Shown here in pieces: positions 45,870 through 56,275 of a stretch of 64,000 nt of DNA; the stretch's first letter is position 1, and every line of letters starts with the position of its first letter. The position numbers and the translations under genes are program-made. Source of the DNA: a virus; the IMG/VR virus record IMGVR_UViG_3300045988_113168. One strand, written 5' to 3'. Below the pieces are notes generated by a model, which saw nothing but the letters and a program-made list of their open reading frames with translations, did no database searches and was not told the DNA's origin.

Positions 45870-46204
45870 TACAGCAGACCTCCTTGAATTAACGTCAGTG
45901 TATAGGCATCAATAATGGCCTCAGGAGTTGTCCCTCCCAAGACCTTGATTTGGTCATATTCGTATTTATCAATCGGCTCAAGCGTCACGGTGTCATATTC
46001 TGGGGAAGGAATCAGGTAATAGCCGTCAACGTGCCAGATATACTTACCGTTGCTGCTGATAACGCCCTGTGCTTCATCTTCGGTACAGTTCACCATAATA
46101 TCGTGCTTGGGCTGATATTTTACAAAGTGCAGACGGTCAAGAGCATCGATTACTCGACCATTTTTAAGTACCTTATAGTACACTCTCGTCACCTCCTCAT
46201 ACAC
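45869..46204 (-). CDS. hypothetical tail-module protein (XkdW-position)
   Basis: 111 aa, overlaps the stop of the giant tail gene. Confidence 0.5.
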   Translation of the reverse strand: MYEEVTRVYYKVLKNGRVIDALDRLHFVKYQPKHDIMVNCTEDEAQGVISSNGKYIWHVDGYYLIPSPEYDTVTLEPIDKYEYDQIKVLGGTTPEAIIDAYTLTLIQGGLL

Positions 46205-49200
46205 AGAACATCGTAGTTACATTCAAAGCCTCGGACGGATAATGGAATCCATAAACCTCGCCACTTGCTTCGACATCATAGAAATATCCTTCATAAGCGA
46301 CATTCGGGCTTCGAGTATAATAAGCAACAGCTTCACCATCGGCGTTATGCTTGATACGGGAAGCGTTGTTAGTCATAAAGCTAATGGTCTGTCCTTCGTA
46401 TACATACGGCTCATCAGACATAGAGGAATCCAATTCAATAGCCGAGGGGATAAAGAAGTAACAATCAGATGTAGTGATTTCTTTACTGCGGCCACCGGCA
46501 GAACTAGATACCTTGACTTGCTTGATAAGCTGACGCCAACCAATGGGAAGCGCCTCTACAAGACGAGAATCAAGATAAGTGCGGAGAGAAGTCTTAGCCC
46601 AGCCACCGATATTGTTCATTGAGGTACTCAGAGCCATGGAACGACCAAGAGTCTCTTTCTGAATAAATGTCATACCACAACGGCGATTGGAATTATCACT
46701 CAGATAGTAATCTTTGAAGTTTGCCACCTGATAGACAATATTCTCATGAGTCCATGCAGCCAACTGTCTACAAGCACCATCGCCAAGGTCTGCGTACCAC
46801 AGCTTTGCCCAGTAAACAGTGCCTTTGGCATAACGCTCGTAAGCCCCATCGTCTGCCTTTGCACAGCCAAACACTAGAGTCGCCTTTGTAGAGGTGGTTC
46901 GAGTGCGGGCGACCTTGCTGTACGTAAAGGAAGAGCCATAAATATTAGAGAAATAAACATAAAGCCCATTGTCACCCTTGACATGACGGATGACCATCAT
47001 ATCGCGAGAATCAGTGGCAGCTCCGTTGACAGAATCCGTACCCCATGTTGCCTTGACTCCATTCGAATTCCACAGACGGAAGCCGTTCATACCATTTGTT
47101 TCGAAACACTGAGCTAAGACAGTATTGTTAGAGTTTCCAGAGTCCATCTTATAATCGATAGCTAAAACAAAATCCCTGTCTTCATCAAACAGGGAAGTGC
47201 CAGTATCAACATATGTTTTCCCATCAAATACAGTGGGCTCACTAATAAATACTTTCTCAACAATATCATCATAATGGAAGTCATGCCCCATCTGAATAGT
47301 GACCTCATCCATCGGAGTTACGACATTCTGTTCTACGCCAACTTTTTCCATTGCATAGATCTCAACAGGGCGTAAATCCCCGATCTCTTTACCATCGAAA
47401 TAGCCAGACACATACTCGCAGATGTCATAGACCGCGTTGATGTCTTTGTCTCCGGTAACATAACCACCCTTGTCCCAACCACTGAACAGGTAATACTTGA
47501 AAGCAGTCTCCTCAGTGGTGTAGCTAGGAGTATCACCGGTATAGAGGACCATCGTACCATATGGAGCAGTAGTAGTCTGAAGAACAGCACCGCGATTCAG
47601 GTAACGAACGGTGTACTGTCGCACAGATTCGGTGTATTGAGCGGTAACAGTCATATTGTCGAATACAGCTGTCAACTCGGTATCCCAGCCACTAAATGTA
47701 AAGACCGTGCTGATAGTGCTCGGGAAGGTAGGAATTGCGATGGGATTGTCAGAGCGAGTCACAGGATCAACAAACTTCGCACCCTTATCGACATACTGGA
47801 TATCCAGAACTGTCCCGTCCTTATTGACGAACGTGACAGCAAACTGAACAATCATCGTGTTGTAAGTTAGAGATAGATCAGGCCACTGGGCCTCAAACAG
47901 CTCCAGCTCCTTCTGACGAATAATCGGCACATGAACCTTGCCATCGACGACAGAATGGTCAGTATTATAGCCGTTCTCATCAAGGCCGGTCATCTCATAC
48001 AGACGGTTCAGAAGGGTAGTATCTTCCAGAGTCCAATTGACACCAGTCAGGCGCACACGATTCAGAGCCGTACACTTCTCAACCATTGCCTTAGCATCAA
48101 TCGTGGTACAATTCTCAATAGTCAGCGTAGTGATATTTGCGTAATCATCAATGGAGAGTTCAGTCAGATAATTCAGATTCTTAGCGCTCAGGCTTGCGAT
48201 TGCAGGCAGCTCGGCTTTCTTGACCTTGCCACCCTTAGCGAATGCAACACCAGTAATACCAGAACCACCAGCAAGGAATTCTTCCAGATTGGTGCATCCA
48301 GTCAGGCTGATAGATTTCTTCAGGTTAGGGACATTCTGCAGATTTAAGTGCTCAAGCAGAGTGTTATTACCGACTGCAAAGTCAGTCATGTTCGTGTTGG
48401 CATATCCCTCAACGGCAGAACCAATCTTTAGGTCAGTCAGTTTTACGCCATGGCTGAAATCAACGTAGCCAGGGTAGAAACCAGAAATGTCACCAATACT
48501 CTGGATGATAGAAGCGTTGTAGACATACACCTCAGTATCGTTCATGGCAGCGATTGGGCATTTAACCTCGTAAGTCTGGCCGCGCTTACCACGCACCTTT
48601 ACAGGGTTAGAGCCATAACGCACAGACACATAGGTGTCAGCATACGGAGTAATATGGAATGTACCATCCGGTTTCACACCAGCCCAGTTGGTCGGAGTAT
48701 AGCCACGAATGGTCATGTCGTCCGAAGTACAAGTAGTGCCAGTGTATTTAGAAGACATGTATTTCTCCTGATAACGCTGGAACTGACGACGCTGGTGCCG
48801 CTTATTGCCGTGCATCATAGGCAGATAGCTGGTTGTGCCATTATCTTCGTAGGTGCGGAAATACTTTCGGCGCATATCCATAATCCAGAGCTTTTCAGGC
48901 TTCACGTCCTGATAATCCTCGAACTTCTTCAGGATACGGTTAGCACTCCAAGCCAGAGCATTCTCACGGTTTACAAACATCTGCTGGAGGTCATCTGCAA
49001 ACAGGTCGCGAATTTTACACCACAGCTTAGAGTCTGCCGCATTAAACACACTCTTAGTGCCGATGGTGTCTGTGTCCTCATAACCATAAGTCAGAGTCAG
49101 GCCGCCCTCGTTATCATTGCCCTGTGCGGTATCATTATCGTAATCGAAACAGAAGTCCCAGTGAATCAGGTCAGTGGTGTGTGGGAAGACGTTCTTTGCG

Positions 49201-52200
49201 CGGTTATCGACCATCGTGTGCCGCTCAGTAAACAGGTAATGGAACAGAGCAGAGCTCTTGATGAAATGGTCTTCGAAGTGTGCCTTAAATTCCTCATCGT
49301 CTGCATTCACGACCCAATTCTGTACAGTAATCCAAGCATTCTTAGCTGCCTGAATCTCTTCCTCGGTGCAGCTCGGGTTAATATAACGGAACTCAAAGCT
49401 GTGGTCGCCATCCCAGGTCTCCTGTGAGAAATCACCGCTCAGAAAGCGAGTCTGTTCATCAGTGTTGTTATCGATTTCTACGATAACTTCCTTGTGATTC
49501 TCTGGATCCATGCCCATAGTGTCACTGTTCTTCTTAGAGTTGCCAATATCACCACAAGCATAAAAATGCCACTGACCATCATGGAAGACGGTAGAGTTTG
49601 CAATATCAGTCTCCTGAATGAAAACAACACAAGGGTAGAAAGCCATCGTATCGCGTACTTTCGGATTGTCCTGCCGGGCCTTGCGCAGATACGGGTTGAA
49701 GCTATTAAACTCATCGGCCAGCAGGGCGTTGTTTGCATTCTCAGACGAAGCAACGTTGACTTTGATATTGAAATACTTCTCAGGGACGCTATTTTCAGTC
49801 AATGCATAAGTGGATCCAGTGTTGTCATCACCAAATGTAAAACCACCCTTGCAGTTGATATCAATGTTACGGGCAGATTCGCCATAGTGGTCAGAGCTAG
49901 TACCTTGGCCCTTATGAGAACCAATAGCAGTCCAGTTATCCTCAATTGCACGACCGTTCTTATAGATCTGCTGAATAGTAGTATCAGAAACCTCATTCTT
50001 CTTGCCAGTAGTAAAGGTAGGAGCAGAGATCTTGATAACACGCAGATTCGGACATTTTTCGGCCAGTAAGTCGGGCTGCAGCTCACCACTCACATTGGTA
50101 ATGTCGTTTCGAGTGTAGCGCTCAATCATCTCTTCGGCGTTCTTGGCATCTGCAATAAAGTTGTCCAGAATCTCATCGTCGGTCAAGTTCATCATGTAGG
50201 ATTTCATACGGTATACAATGACATCGCAATCGGGAGAACCAATCGTAATACCAGTGGGATTCGGCTGCGTGAAGTTATCAGAGCCATCGTAAAGTTCAAC
50301 ACGGCAGGGAATGCCATCGAGCCACAAAACCATTTCCCTGTACTGACTATCAGGCAGAATATTAAACTCAAACTCCATGAAGTCATCTTCACAAGTGGGC
50401 AGCTCAATACTGTTCTGGGCGCTGGTCAGCGTGACTTTCTGTGCTTGAATATTTACGCCGATACCATTGTTCAGACAGGTAACAGCCTTAGCATCGTAGT
50501 TCTTGACATTAGTGGTCTTAAACACGAGCTTAAAGTTTTTACCCAGCTTCTTAGCATCATCTGCAAACAGCTTGTAGCTGATCGTAGCAGTCGTGCCAGC
50601 CTTAACACAGAAATAGGTATCACCATCTTCATCGATCTGATAGCCACCGTTAGACCAGTCAAAGTTATCCGAAACAGTCATCTTGGTGTTGCCATCACTC
50701 CAAAGGCGATTAGAGTCAGCGTTGGTTCGGCCAGAGGGATTGAAATCAAAAGCCAGATTGGTCTTAACAGGTTCAATCGTAATGCCAAGGTCTTCGATAA
50801 CGACAGTAATGGTCTTGGTAGTAGCACCACAAGTAATTTCCAGAGTATGAGAACCGATATCAGCCGATTTAAAACTCCAAGTCTGCGCAGTGCGGCCAAC
50901 GGTCAATGTACTGACAACAGAGCCATCAACACTCAGCTTTACGGTAGTGGTAGAACTTGCCGGGTCATACACGGTGTAAACAATACCAATCGTACTGTAC
51001 TGCTTAGTCGTATATTTCTGAACGGCGCAGCTGATAATTGGAGTGCTCGTACCCTCAGAGACCCACATAATGTCTTTGTAGATGGTATTGCTTGTGACCT
51101 GTTTACCGTTGATTTCGGCGGTCATAGAGACTTCCAACAGGTGAGCACCATGAGATTGTGCGGGCAGGGTGTATGTCATCTGACGGCCAGTAACGGCAGT
51201 AGAAGTAGTACCGATACGACGGCCATCCAGTGTGAAAATAATAGTCTTGGAAATGTTACCATACGGGGTAAAACGGAATGTCACATCGCCGCTGTAAGTC
51301 AGCGTGTCATCAAAAATGCTCTCAAGGTAGAACTCGACGATATTGATAGACCAGTTCTTTGTACCCATGGAACCAACCGAGTCGGTCACCTGAAGCTTGA
51401 CGGTATTATCGCCACTATGTAGATACTGGGTAATATCGAAACTGTTCTTGCCCTGAACGATCGTCTGTGTAGCAACCTTTGTATTACCGACGTACCAGAC
51501 ACCAGTAGCATTACCAGTATCATCGCCAGAGTTATCTACAGAGGTAAAATTGAAGTTAATGACTGCAGCATCGCCAGAAATAACAGTCAGAGAGGAACCG
51601 TCCAGACGCTCGATGGTAATGGTAGACGTACCACCAGTACCACCGCTGCCGCCTTGAATGATAACAGTGGTTTTAACGCCACCATTCTCCAACAGACTCA
51701 GCTTGGAATCTTCGTAAGTGATATCGTACTCACGGCCAGAATTCTCATCGGGTTTGAAGCTTTTCAGAGTCTCCTGAATCTCTGCGATGTCAGCGTTGGC
51801 CGTATCAACGGTAGACTGGACGGTCTCGATGTTCTTTTTGACAGTGCCCAGCTCATTCGTAAAGCCCTCAATGCTGGTTTTGTCTGCCTTTTTGTCGAGC
51901 AGAGCGTCAGTTGCTTCCTTATTATAATAGTCAGTCTGAAGTGTAGTCGGCAGGTCACCAATCTCAGTCTTCAGGTCAGTTATAGTCTGCTTTGTCTCAT
52001 CCAGCTCAGCCTGGATAGGGGAGAGCGCATCACTGATTCGTGCATCGACAGTCTTATTGTAGGAAGTAACCCAGGCAGCACTCGGGTCAGTTGTCAGAGT
52101 AATCCGCTTGATCTCAGTCTGGCCGTTCATGAACTGGATGACCTGAGTTTCGGGAGTGTACTTAACATCAAAGTTTGCCAGACCACTTACATCATCAAGC

Positions 52201-52970
52201 TGATCTTTCAGCAGATTAACAAAGCCATCGACTTCAGACTTGTTGTAATAATTCTTTGCAATACTTGCTACTGCATCCTGTGCATTCTGAGCGCTCTGTT
52301 TTGCGGAATCAGCAGCGGCCTGAGCTTCGCCAACTTTCTGAGTCATGGTAGCCAGGAAAGAGGTGTACCAGTCATCACCAGTCGGGTCGGTCATCTTCTT
52401 GCCAGCCAGAGACTTAATAACAGTCAGTTTGCCATTGGGCTGAGAACGCCACAAGTAGCTCTTAGTCGTGCCAGAATTCGGAATCGTAACCGCACCACTT
52501 GCCATCAACTCAAAGCTCAGAGTGCCATCTTTTGCGGTGGCATTATCGCTCAGCAGCCAACCAAAGTGGATTTTAGAGTCACTGTAGCTCACATTGATAG
52601 GAGCTGCATAATTCTCTTCGTTGTCTGCATTGAGATAATGAACTTGAATCGTCATCTGCATCAGGTCAATACCATCATAATAGCGAGGCATCTCAAACGG
52701 GACAATCTGACCGTTATTTTCCTGAGTGACGTTGGCTTGCGTGCCGCTCACTGTGATATTACGGTTACTATCGATCGTGGAGTAATCTGTATCTTCATAG
52801 TTGTCGATCCAGACGTACTTATCACTTCGAGTAAAACCAGCATCCACAAAAGCGAGTGTGTCAATGCCGTCCACAGCTACCGCCATAGGGGCAATAGGAG
52901 TTTCCAGCGTTTTAATATCGTTTGTCGGTACAGCAGTTTTCTGTATCGATTTTTTAAATGATAATGCCAT
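46197..52970 (-). CDS. giant (2257 aa) distal tail / receptor-binding protein
   Basis: AGGAG RBS. Coiled-coil N-terminus. CotH-like block (...DNRAKNVF...WDFCFDYDNDTAQGNDN). Leucine-rich repeats (LNLQNVPNLKKSISLTGCTNLEEF...). Two Flg_new/Listeria-Bacteroides repeats (FTFSGWD, YLFSGWD). LamG-like and DUF6273-like C-terminus (YYTRSP). Confidence 0.75.
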   Translation of the reverse strand: MALSFKKSIQKTAVPTNDIKTLETPIAPMAVAVDGIDTLAFVDAGFTRSDKYVWIDNYEDTDYSTIDSNRNITVSGTQANVTQENNGQIVPFEMPRYYDGIDLMQMTIQVHYLNADNEENYAAPINVSYSDSKIHFGWLLSDNATAKDGTLSFELMASGAVTIPNSGTTKSYLWRSQPNGKLTVIKSLAGKKMTDPTGDDWYTSFLATMTQKVGEAQAAADSAKQSAQNAQDAVASIAKNYYNKSEVDGFVNLLKDQLDDVSGLANFDVKYTPETQVIQFMNGQTEIKRITLTTDPSAAWVTSYNKTVDARISDALSPIQAELDETKQTITDLKTEIGDLPTTLQTDYYNKEATDALLDKKADKTSIEGFTNELGTVKKNIETVQSTVDTANADIAEIQETLKSFKPDENSGREYDITYEDSKLSLLENGGVKTTVIIQGGSGGTGGTSTITIERLDGSSLTVISGDAAVINFNFTSVDNSGDDTGNATGVWYVGNTKVATQTIVQGKNSFDITQYLHSGDNTVKLQVTDSVGSMGTKNWSINIVEFYLESIFDDTLTYSGDVTFRFTPYGNISKTIIFTLDGRRIGTTSTAVTGRQMTYTLPAQSHGAHLLEVSMTAEINGKQVTSNTIYKDIMWVSEGTSTPIISCAVQKYTTKQYSTIGIVYTVYDPASSTTTVKLSVDGSVVSTLTVGRTAQTWSFKSADIGSHTLEITCGATTKTITVVIEDLGITIEPVKTNLAFDFNPSGRTNADSNRLWSDGNTKMTVSDNFDWSNGGYQIDEDGDTYFCVKAGTTATISYKLFADDAKKLGKNFKLVFKTTNVKNYDAKAVTCLNNGIGVNIQAQKVTLTSAQNSIELPTCEDDFMEFEFNILPDSQYREMVLWLDGIPCRVELYDGSDNFTQPNPTGITIGSPDCDVIVYRMKSYMMNLTDDEILDNFIADAKNAEEMIERYTRNDITNVSGELQPDLLAEKCPNLRVIKISAPTFTTGKKNEVSDTTIQQIYKNGRAIEDNWTAIGSHKGQGTSSDHYGESARNIDINCKGGFTFGDDNTGSTYALTENSVPEKYFNIKVNVASSENANNALLADEFNSFNPYLRKARQDNPKVRDTMAFYPCVVFIQETDIANSTVFHDGQWHFYACGDIGNSKKNSDTMGMDPENHKEVIVEIDNNTDEQTRFLSGDFSQETWDGDHSFEFRYINPSCTEEEIQAAKNAWITVQNWVVNADDEEFKAHFEDHFIKSSALFHYLFTERHTMVDNRAKNVFPHTTDLIHWDFCFDYDNDTAQGNDNEGGLTLTYGYEDTDTIGTKSVFNAADSKLWCKIRDLFADDLQQMFVNRENALAWSANRILKKFEDYQDVKPEKLWIMDMRRKYFRTYEDNGTTSYLPMMHGNKRHQRRQFQRYQEKYMSSKYTGTTCTSDDMTIRGYTPTNWAGVKPDGTFHITPYADTYVSVRYGSNPVKVRGKRGQTYEVKCPIAAMNDTEVYVYNASIIQSIGDISGFYPGYVDFSHGVKLTDLKIGSAVEGYANTNMTDFAVGNNTLLEHLNLQNVPNLKKSISLTGCTNLEEFLAGGSGITGVAFAKGGKVKKAELPAIASLSAKNLNYLTELSIDDYANITTLTIENCTTIDAKAMVEKCTALNRVRLTGVNWTLEDTTLLNRLYEMTGLDENGYNTDHSVVDGKVHVPIIRQKELELFEAQWPDLSLTYNTMIVQFAVTFVNKDGTVLDIQYVDKGAKFVDPVTRSDNPIAIPTFPSTISTVFTFSGWDTELTAVFDNMTVTAQYTESVRQYTVRYLNRGAVLQTTTAPYGTMVLYTGDTPSYTTEETAFKYYLFSGWDKGGYVTGDKDINAVYDICEYVSGYFDGKEIGDLRPVEIYAMEKVGVEQNVVTPMDEVTIQMGHDFHYDDIVEKVFISEPTVFDGKTYVDTGTSLFDEDRDFVLAIDYKMDSGNSNNTVLAQCFETNGMNGFRLWNSNGVKATWGTDSVNGAATDSRDMMVIRHVKGDNGLYVYFSNIYGSSFTYSKVARTRTTSTKATLVFGCAKADDGAYERYAKGTVYWAKLWYADLGDGACRQLAAWTHENIVYQVANFKDYYLSDNSNRRCGMTFIQKETLGRSMALSTSMNNIGGWAKTSLRTYLDSRLVEALPIGWRQLIKQVKVSSSAGGRSKEITTSDCYFFIPSAIELDSSMSDEPYVYEGQTISFMTNNASRIKHNADGEAVAYYTRSPNVAYEGYFYDVEASGEVYGFHYPSEALNVTTMFCV

Positions 52971-52994
52971 TTACTCACTCCTTTTCTTATATAA

Positions 52995-55508
52995 TCAAGT
53001 GGTCGATGGGTTATTGTTCTTATTCACGTCAGAGCGTAAATCAGGGAAGTATTGGTCAAGCATCCAGTCTTGATAGAGGTTATATTTACTTTCCTCTCCA
53101 TTGTGGCCTACAATATAGGGGTAATAGGGGAAATAGCGGCTCATTGTCAGAGACATTGTGCCCTCTCCAAGATTGATACTAAAGTTCTTAATGATCCAAT
53201 CGACCGGAGTTTTACTGTTCAAATATTTTGCTGCATATTGAATTTTTTCGTTTACATCGAGCCACGGAACTAACAAAATAGGCACCACCAACCCATCGGT
53301 TAATCGTGCCTTCTTCCATAATTCATATTTAGCAACTTCCATTGCCTTTTCATCCGTGGTATAGTTGTCATAGTCTCCGCCCGAAAGTATTTCATTGCGA
53401 CGACCAATTTTTTCAATTGAGAATTTTGCGTTATACAAATCATCGATATTGTCTGGATCAGTCATGCAGACATATTCAAGATTATCGCAGTTTTCTTCTT
53501 TTTTTTCTGCGGCAAGTTTATCGCCGGTCGGTACAGTATCTACCAATTTGACCATAGCATGAGATTGCTGCTGCCCAATAAAATAGAAGTGCTTTGTATC
53601 AGGGAACCACTGAATGACATAATACTTTCCCGCTTCCATGATAGAAGGTTCCTGCTCAACGTCGTTACCATCAGCGTTAGGAACAGATTTATAAAGCAGG
53701 GAAGTTTTTGTTGTAGTCTTCTGTTCAGTCCCGCCACCTCCATCGGCCTTAACTTCTGTTGTCACAAAATTAACAATTATATTCAAGGTTTTGCTTGTGA
53801 TTTTTGCAGGCATGATAAACGATATATTCGCTTCATCATCAACAGCAAGTTCTTTTACGGTCAGTGTAAGAGAATTCTTTTCGGAAGAATAAGTTGCAGT
53901 CGAAGAATATGCGTCAGAATCGATTGTAGCACCAAACACTTCAACACAGTTTCGAACCGTAGAATAATCCACTGTGGCCGACTCACCATCTGCCGTCACC
54001 AAACTTGCAAATAAATCTGGGTCGAGTACAGGCGGGTCATCAAATCCACTCGGAATTTCGTGACATACGAACACGTCATCATCGAAATACATCTCAAATG
54101 GATAGTAGAGGTCGCGCAACTCAGTCAAAATCTGCCACAAAGTTGTACCAGTCTCATATTCCAAATCGTAGGGAACATTACGCGTCCAATAATCAATCAC
54201 GCATTTGCTAAACTCGCTCATCGGCTGTTCAGTTAAGACTGTTTTAATAACAGGAGCGATACGTGTTCCTTTGTTGATTTTTGTTTTTAGACCAGTCAAC
54301 TGTCCAGCCAAATCGCCATTCAGTCGCGCCACAAGATCTACGCAAGAGCATTGCACTGTATTCGTAGTTGCGTTATATGTAAATCCATTTGACGAGATAG
54401 AAAAGCAACCTTGATTAAACCAGTGAACGTCTTGATTTTTAGAAAATACATTTATACGTTGCACAGATACTTTTTCGAATTCTTTATTGAACGACTCATT
54501 AAGCTTCTTCTTCGCTTGAATAACCTCGTCTTGAACATCGTGCATAGAATAACCAACATAAATGCTAGTAGTACCGTATTCTTCTTGAAGCTCTTTTTCA
54601 CTCCAACCAGCAATAGCACTGACATCAGCAGCAGATAACATACTACCGTTTACTGTTTGTCCCTGTATTGCGGCAATCATATTATGAACCTTAACAGATT
54701 TTCCCCAAAGTGTCATAGAAATACCTGTTTTATCTTTGAGTAGAATCGTAGCCGGATCGGTAGATGTACCAATAACTCTAGAAAGGTACTTGGATATTTC
54801 TGAATTACATAGAGGGATTAAATCACCATCATCAGGTTGAAAAAGAGGAGTGTATGCAATTTGTAGACCATTAAATTTATCGTCGCAACCAAGAACAGTA
54901 GAATAATCTCCTTTATTGATTATGGCTTCCGGGTCTGGTTCAAATGCTTTTTTGAATTCTGAAAAAACTAAAGAACTAAGCCATTTCCCTATGGTATTTA
55001 CAAAAGTCGTCTCACCATTCATCTCCTTTACAAATTTAGAATAGTAAGACATATTGTCATCGTTCCATTCAATCACGCCACGATTGATGTTGTCGATATT
55101 CCCGTATTTTGCATGACCTTCTTGAGTGATTTTTGAAACTAAAGCATTATATTCTGCTTTGGCTTTTTTATATCCAGCAGATTCTTTTGTCTTTTTTTCA
55201 AGTTCTGGGTACGAGAGGGAAGTAGTTTTGGCTCTTCCTTTTAGTCCGATAAAAACACGAACATTTTTGCTTATCCAGTCCTCCTCATCAAAAGCGGAGA
55301 CAACACTCTTTTTGCCGAGATACAACGTAGTATTAAAGGTGCGACGAATGTCTGACTCCGAATCAACACTTACAGTTCCATCAATCGCAATGCCTTCCAA
55401 AGAATCTACAGTTGCGAAATCTTTGTCCAATAAATCAATGCGACAATATATATGAGGAGAATGGCTTTTTAAAAGAGCGAGGTCTTCATCTGTAGGTAAG
55501 TACTTCAT
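52995..55508 (-). CDS. tail-associated/baseplate hub (Tal-like) protein
   Basis: 837 aa directly after the Dit-like gene. The N-terminal IDGTVSVDSESDIRRTFNTTL pattern is typical of sipho tail-tip proteins. Confidence 0.6.
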   Translation of the reverse strand: MKYLPTDEDLALLKSHSPHIYCRIDLLDKDFATVDSLEGIAIDGTVSVDSESDIRRTFNTTLYLGKKSVVSAFDEEDWISKNVRVFIGLKGRAKTTSLSYPELEKKTKESAGYKKAKAEYNALVSKITQEGHAKYGNIDNINRGVIEWNDDNMSYYSKFVKEMNGETTFVNTIGKWLSSLVFSEFKKAFEPDPEAIINKGDYSTVLGCDDKFNGLQIAYTPLFQPDDGDLIPLCNSEISKYLSRVIGTSTDPATILLKDKTGISMTLWGKSVKVHNMIAAIQGQTVNGSMLSAADVSAIAGWSEKELQEEYGTTSIYVGYSMHDVQDEVIQAKKKLNESFNKEFEKVSVQRINVFSKNQDVHWFNQGCFSISSNGFTYNATTNTVQCSCVDLVARLNGDLAGQLTGLKTKINKGTRIAPVIKTVLTEQPMSEFSKCVIDYWTRNVPYDLEYETGTTLWQILTELRDLYYPFEMYFDDDVFVCHEIPSGFDDPPVLDPDLFASLVTADGESATVDYSTVRNCVEVFGATIDSDAYSSTATYSSEKNSLTLTVKELAVDDEANISFIMPAKITSKTLNIIVNFVTTEVKADGGGGTEQKTTTKTSLLYKSVPNADGNDVEQEPSIMEAGKYYVIQWFPDTKHFYFIGQQQSHAMVKLVDTVPTGDKLAAEKKEENCDNLEYVCMTDPDNIDDLYNAKFSIEKIGRRNEILSGGDYDNYTTDEKAMEVAKYELWKKARLTDGLVVPILLVPWLDVNEKIQYAAKYLNSKTPVDWIIKNFSINLGEGTMSLTMSRYFPYYPYIVGHNGEESKYNLYQDWMLDQYFPDLRSDVNKNNNPSTT

Positions 55509-56167
55509 GTTGTACCTCCTACCGGCAAATATTCGCTCAGTCCATTACTGTACATATCATCTTCACTCTCAATAGATCCGATTTCGACAAAGTTGAAACT
55601 CAACGTACCTTTGTCATAATGCTCAGAACAACTTGTAGTAACACTGCCATTTACTCCAATTAGCCACTCACGCCCATCAAACATTTTGAGAACTTTTGCG
55701 TCTCCGTTAGTAAGCCATGCTGAGATTTCTTTACGGTAATCATTTCCACCGTCAACATCAAATTCATCTTGAGCCATATCGAATTCAATACCAACACCCG
55801 AAAAATCACCAGAATAATAGTTCGCTTCATTGCCAAAATACAGATAGGGGTATTTGCTACTCATGGTTTCGACGATAGAAGCAGTGCGTTTTAGCTCAAC
55901 ACTGTCTACCTTTGGCTCAAGAAGAATGTGATAAGATGTTTCTCCATCTGTAATAATTGCGCCATCAAATTCACTGACTACTATCTTTTTAACATAGCCC
56001 TTTTCAATAGTATTAACAACAGGAGACACAGCATATTCATAAGGCTGTTTGCGCCCAGCCGCATACCAGTCAGTGTGTTCCATTATGACATATCCGGTAT
56101 TTTCTGAATGCAATTTTATTCCATGAATAGTATCAGAGAATGGTTTAGTGACGTTCTTTTCGGGCAT
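55505..56167 (-). CDS. distal tail protein (Dit-like); possibly the C-terminal part of a TAG-readthrough fusion
   Basis: YRKEISAWLTNGDAKVLKMFDGREWLIGVNG is Dit-like. Same frame as 56276..57361, with only two TAGs between them. Confidence 0.6.
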   Translation of the reverse strand: MPEKNVTKPFSDTIHGIKLHSENTGYVIMEHTDWYAAGRKQPYEYAVSPVVNTIEKGYVKKIVVSEFDGAIITDGETSYHILLEPKVDSVELKRTASIVETMSSKYPYLYFGNEANYYSGDFSGVGIEFDMAQDEFDVDGGNDYRKEISAWLTNGDAKVLKMFDGREWLIGVNGSVTTSCSEHYDKGTLSFNFVEIGSIESEDDMYSNGLSEYLPVGGTT

Positions 56168-56275
56168 GACGCTAATCCTAAAATACGCGATAATATTCTT
56201 ATAATTTACATTCCAAGATGATTTATTCTAAGTTCCAACATTTCGTGTCTTGTTAAGCATTGCAGAAATCGATTT

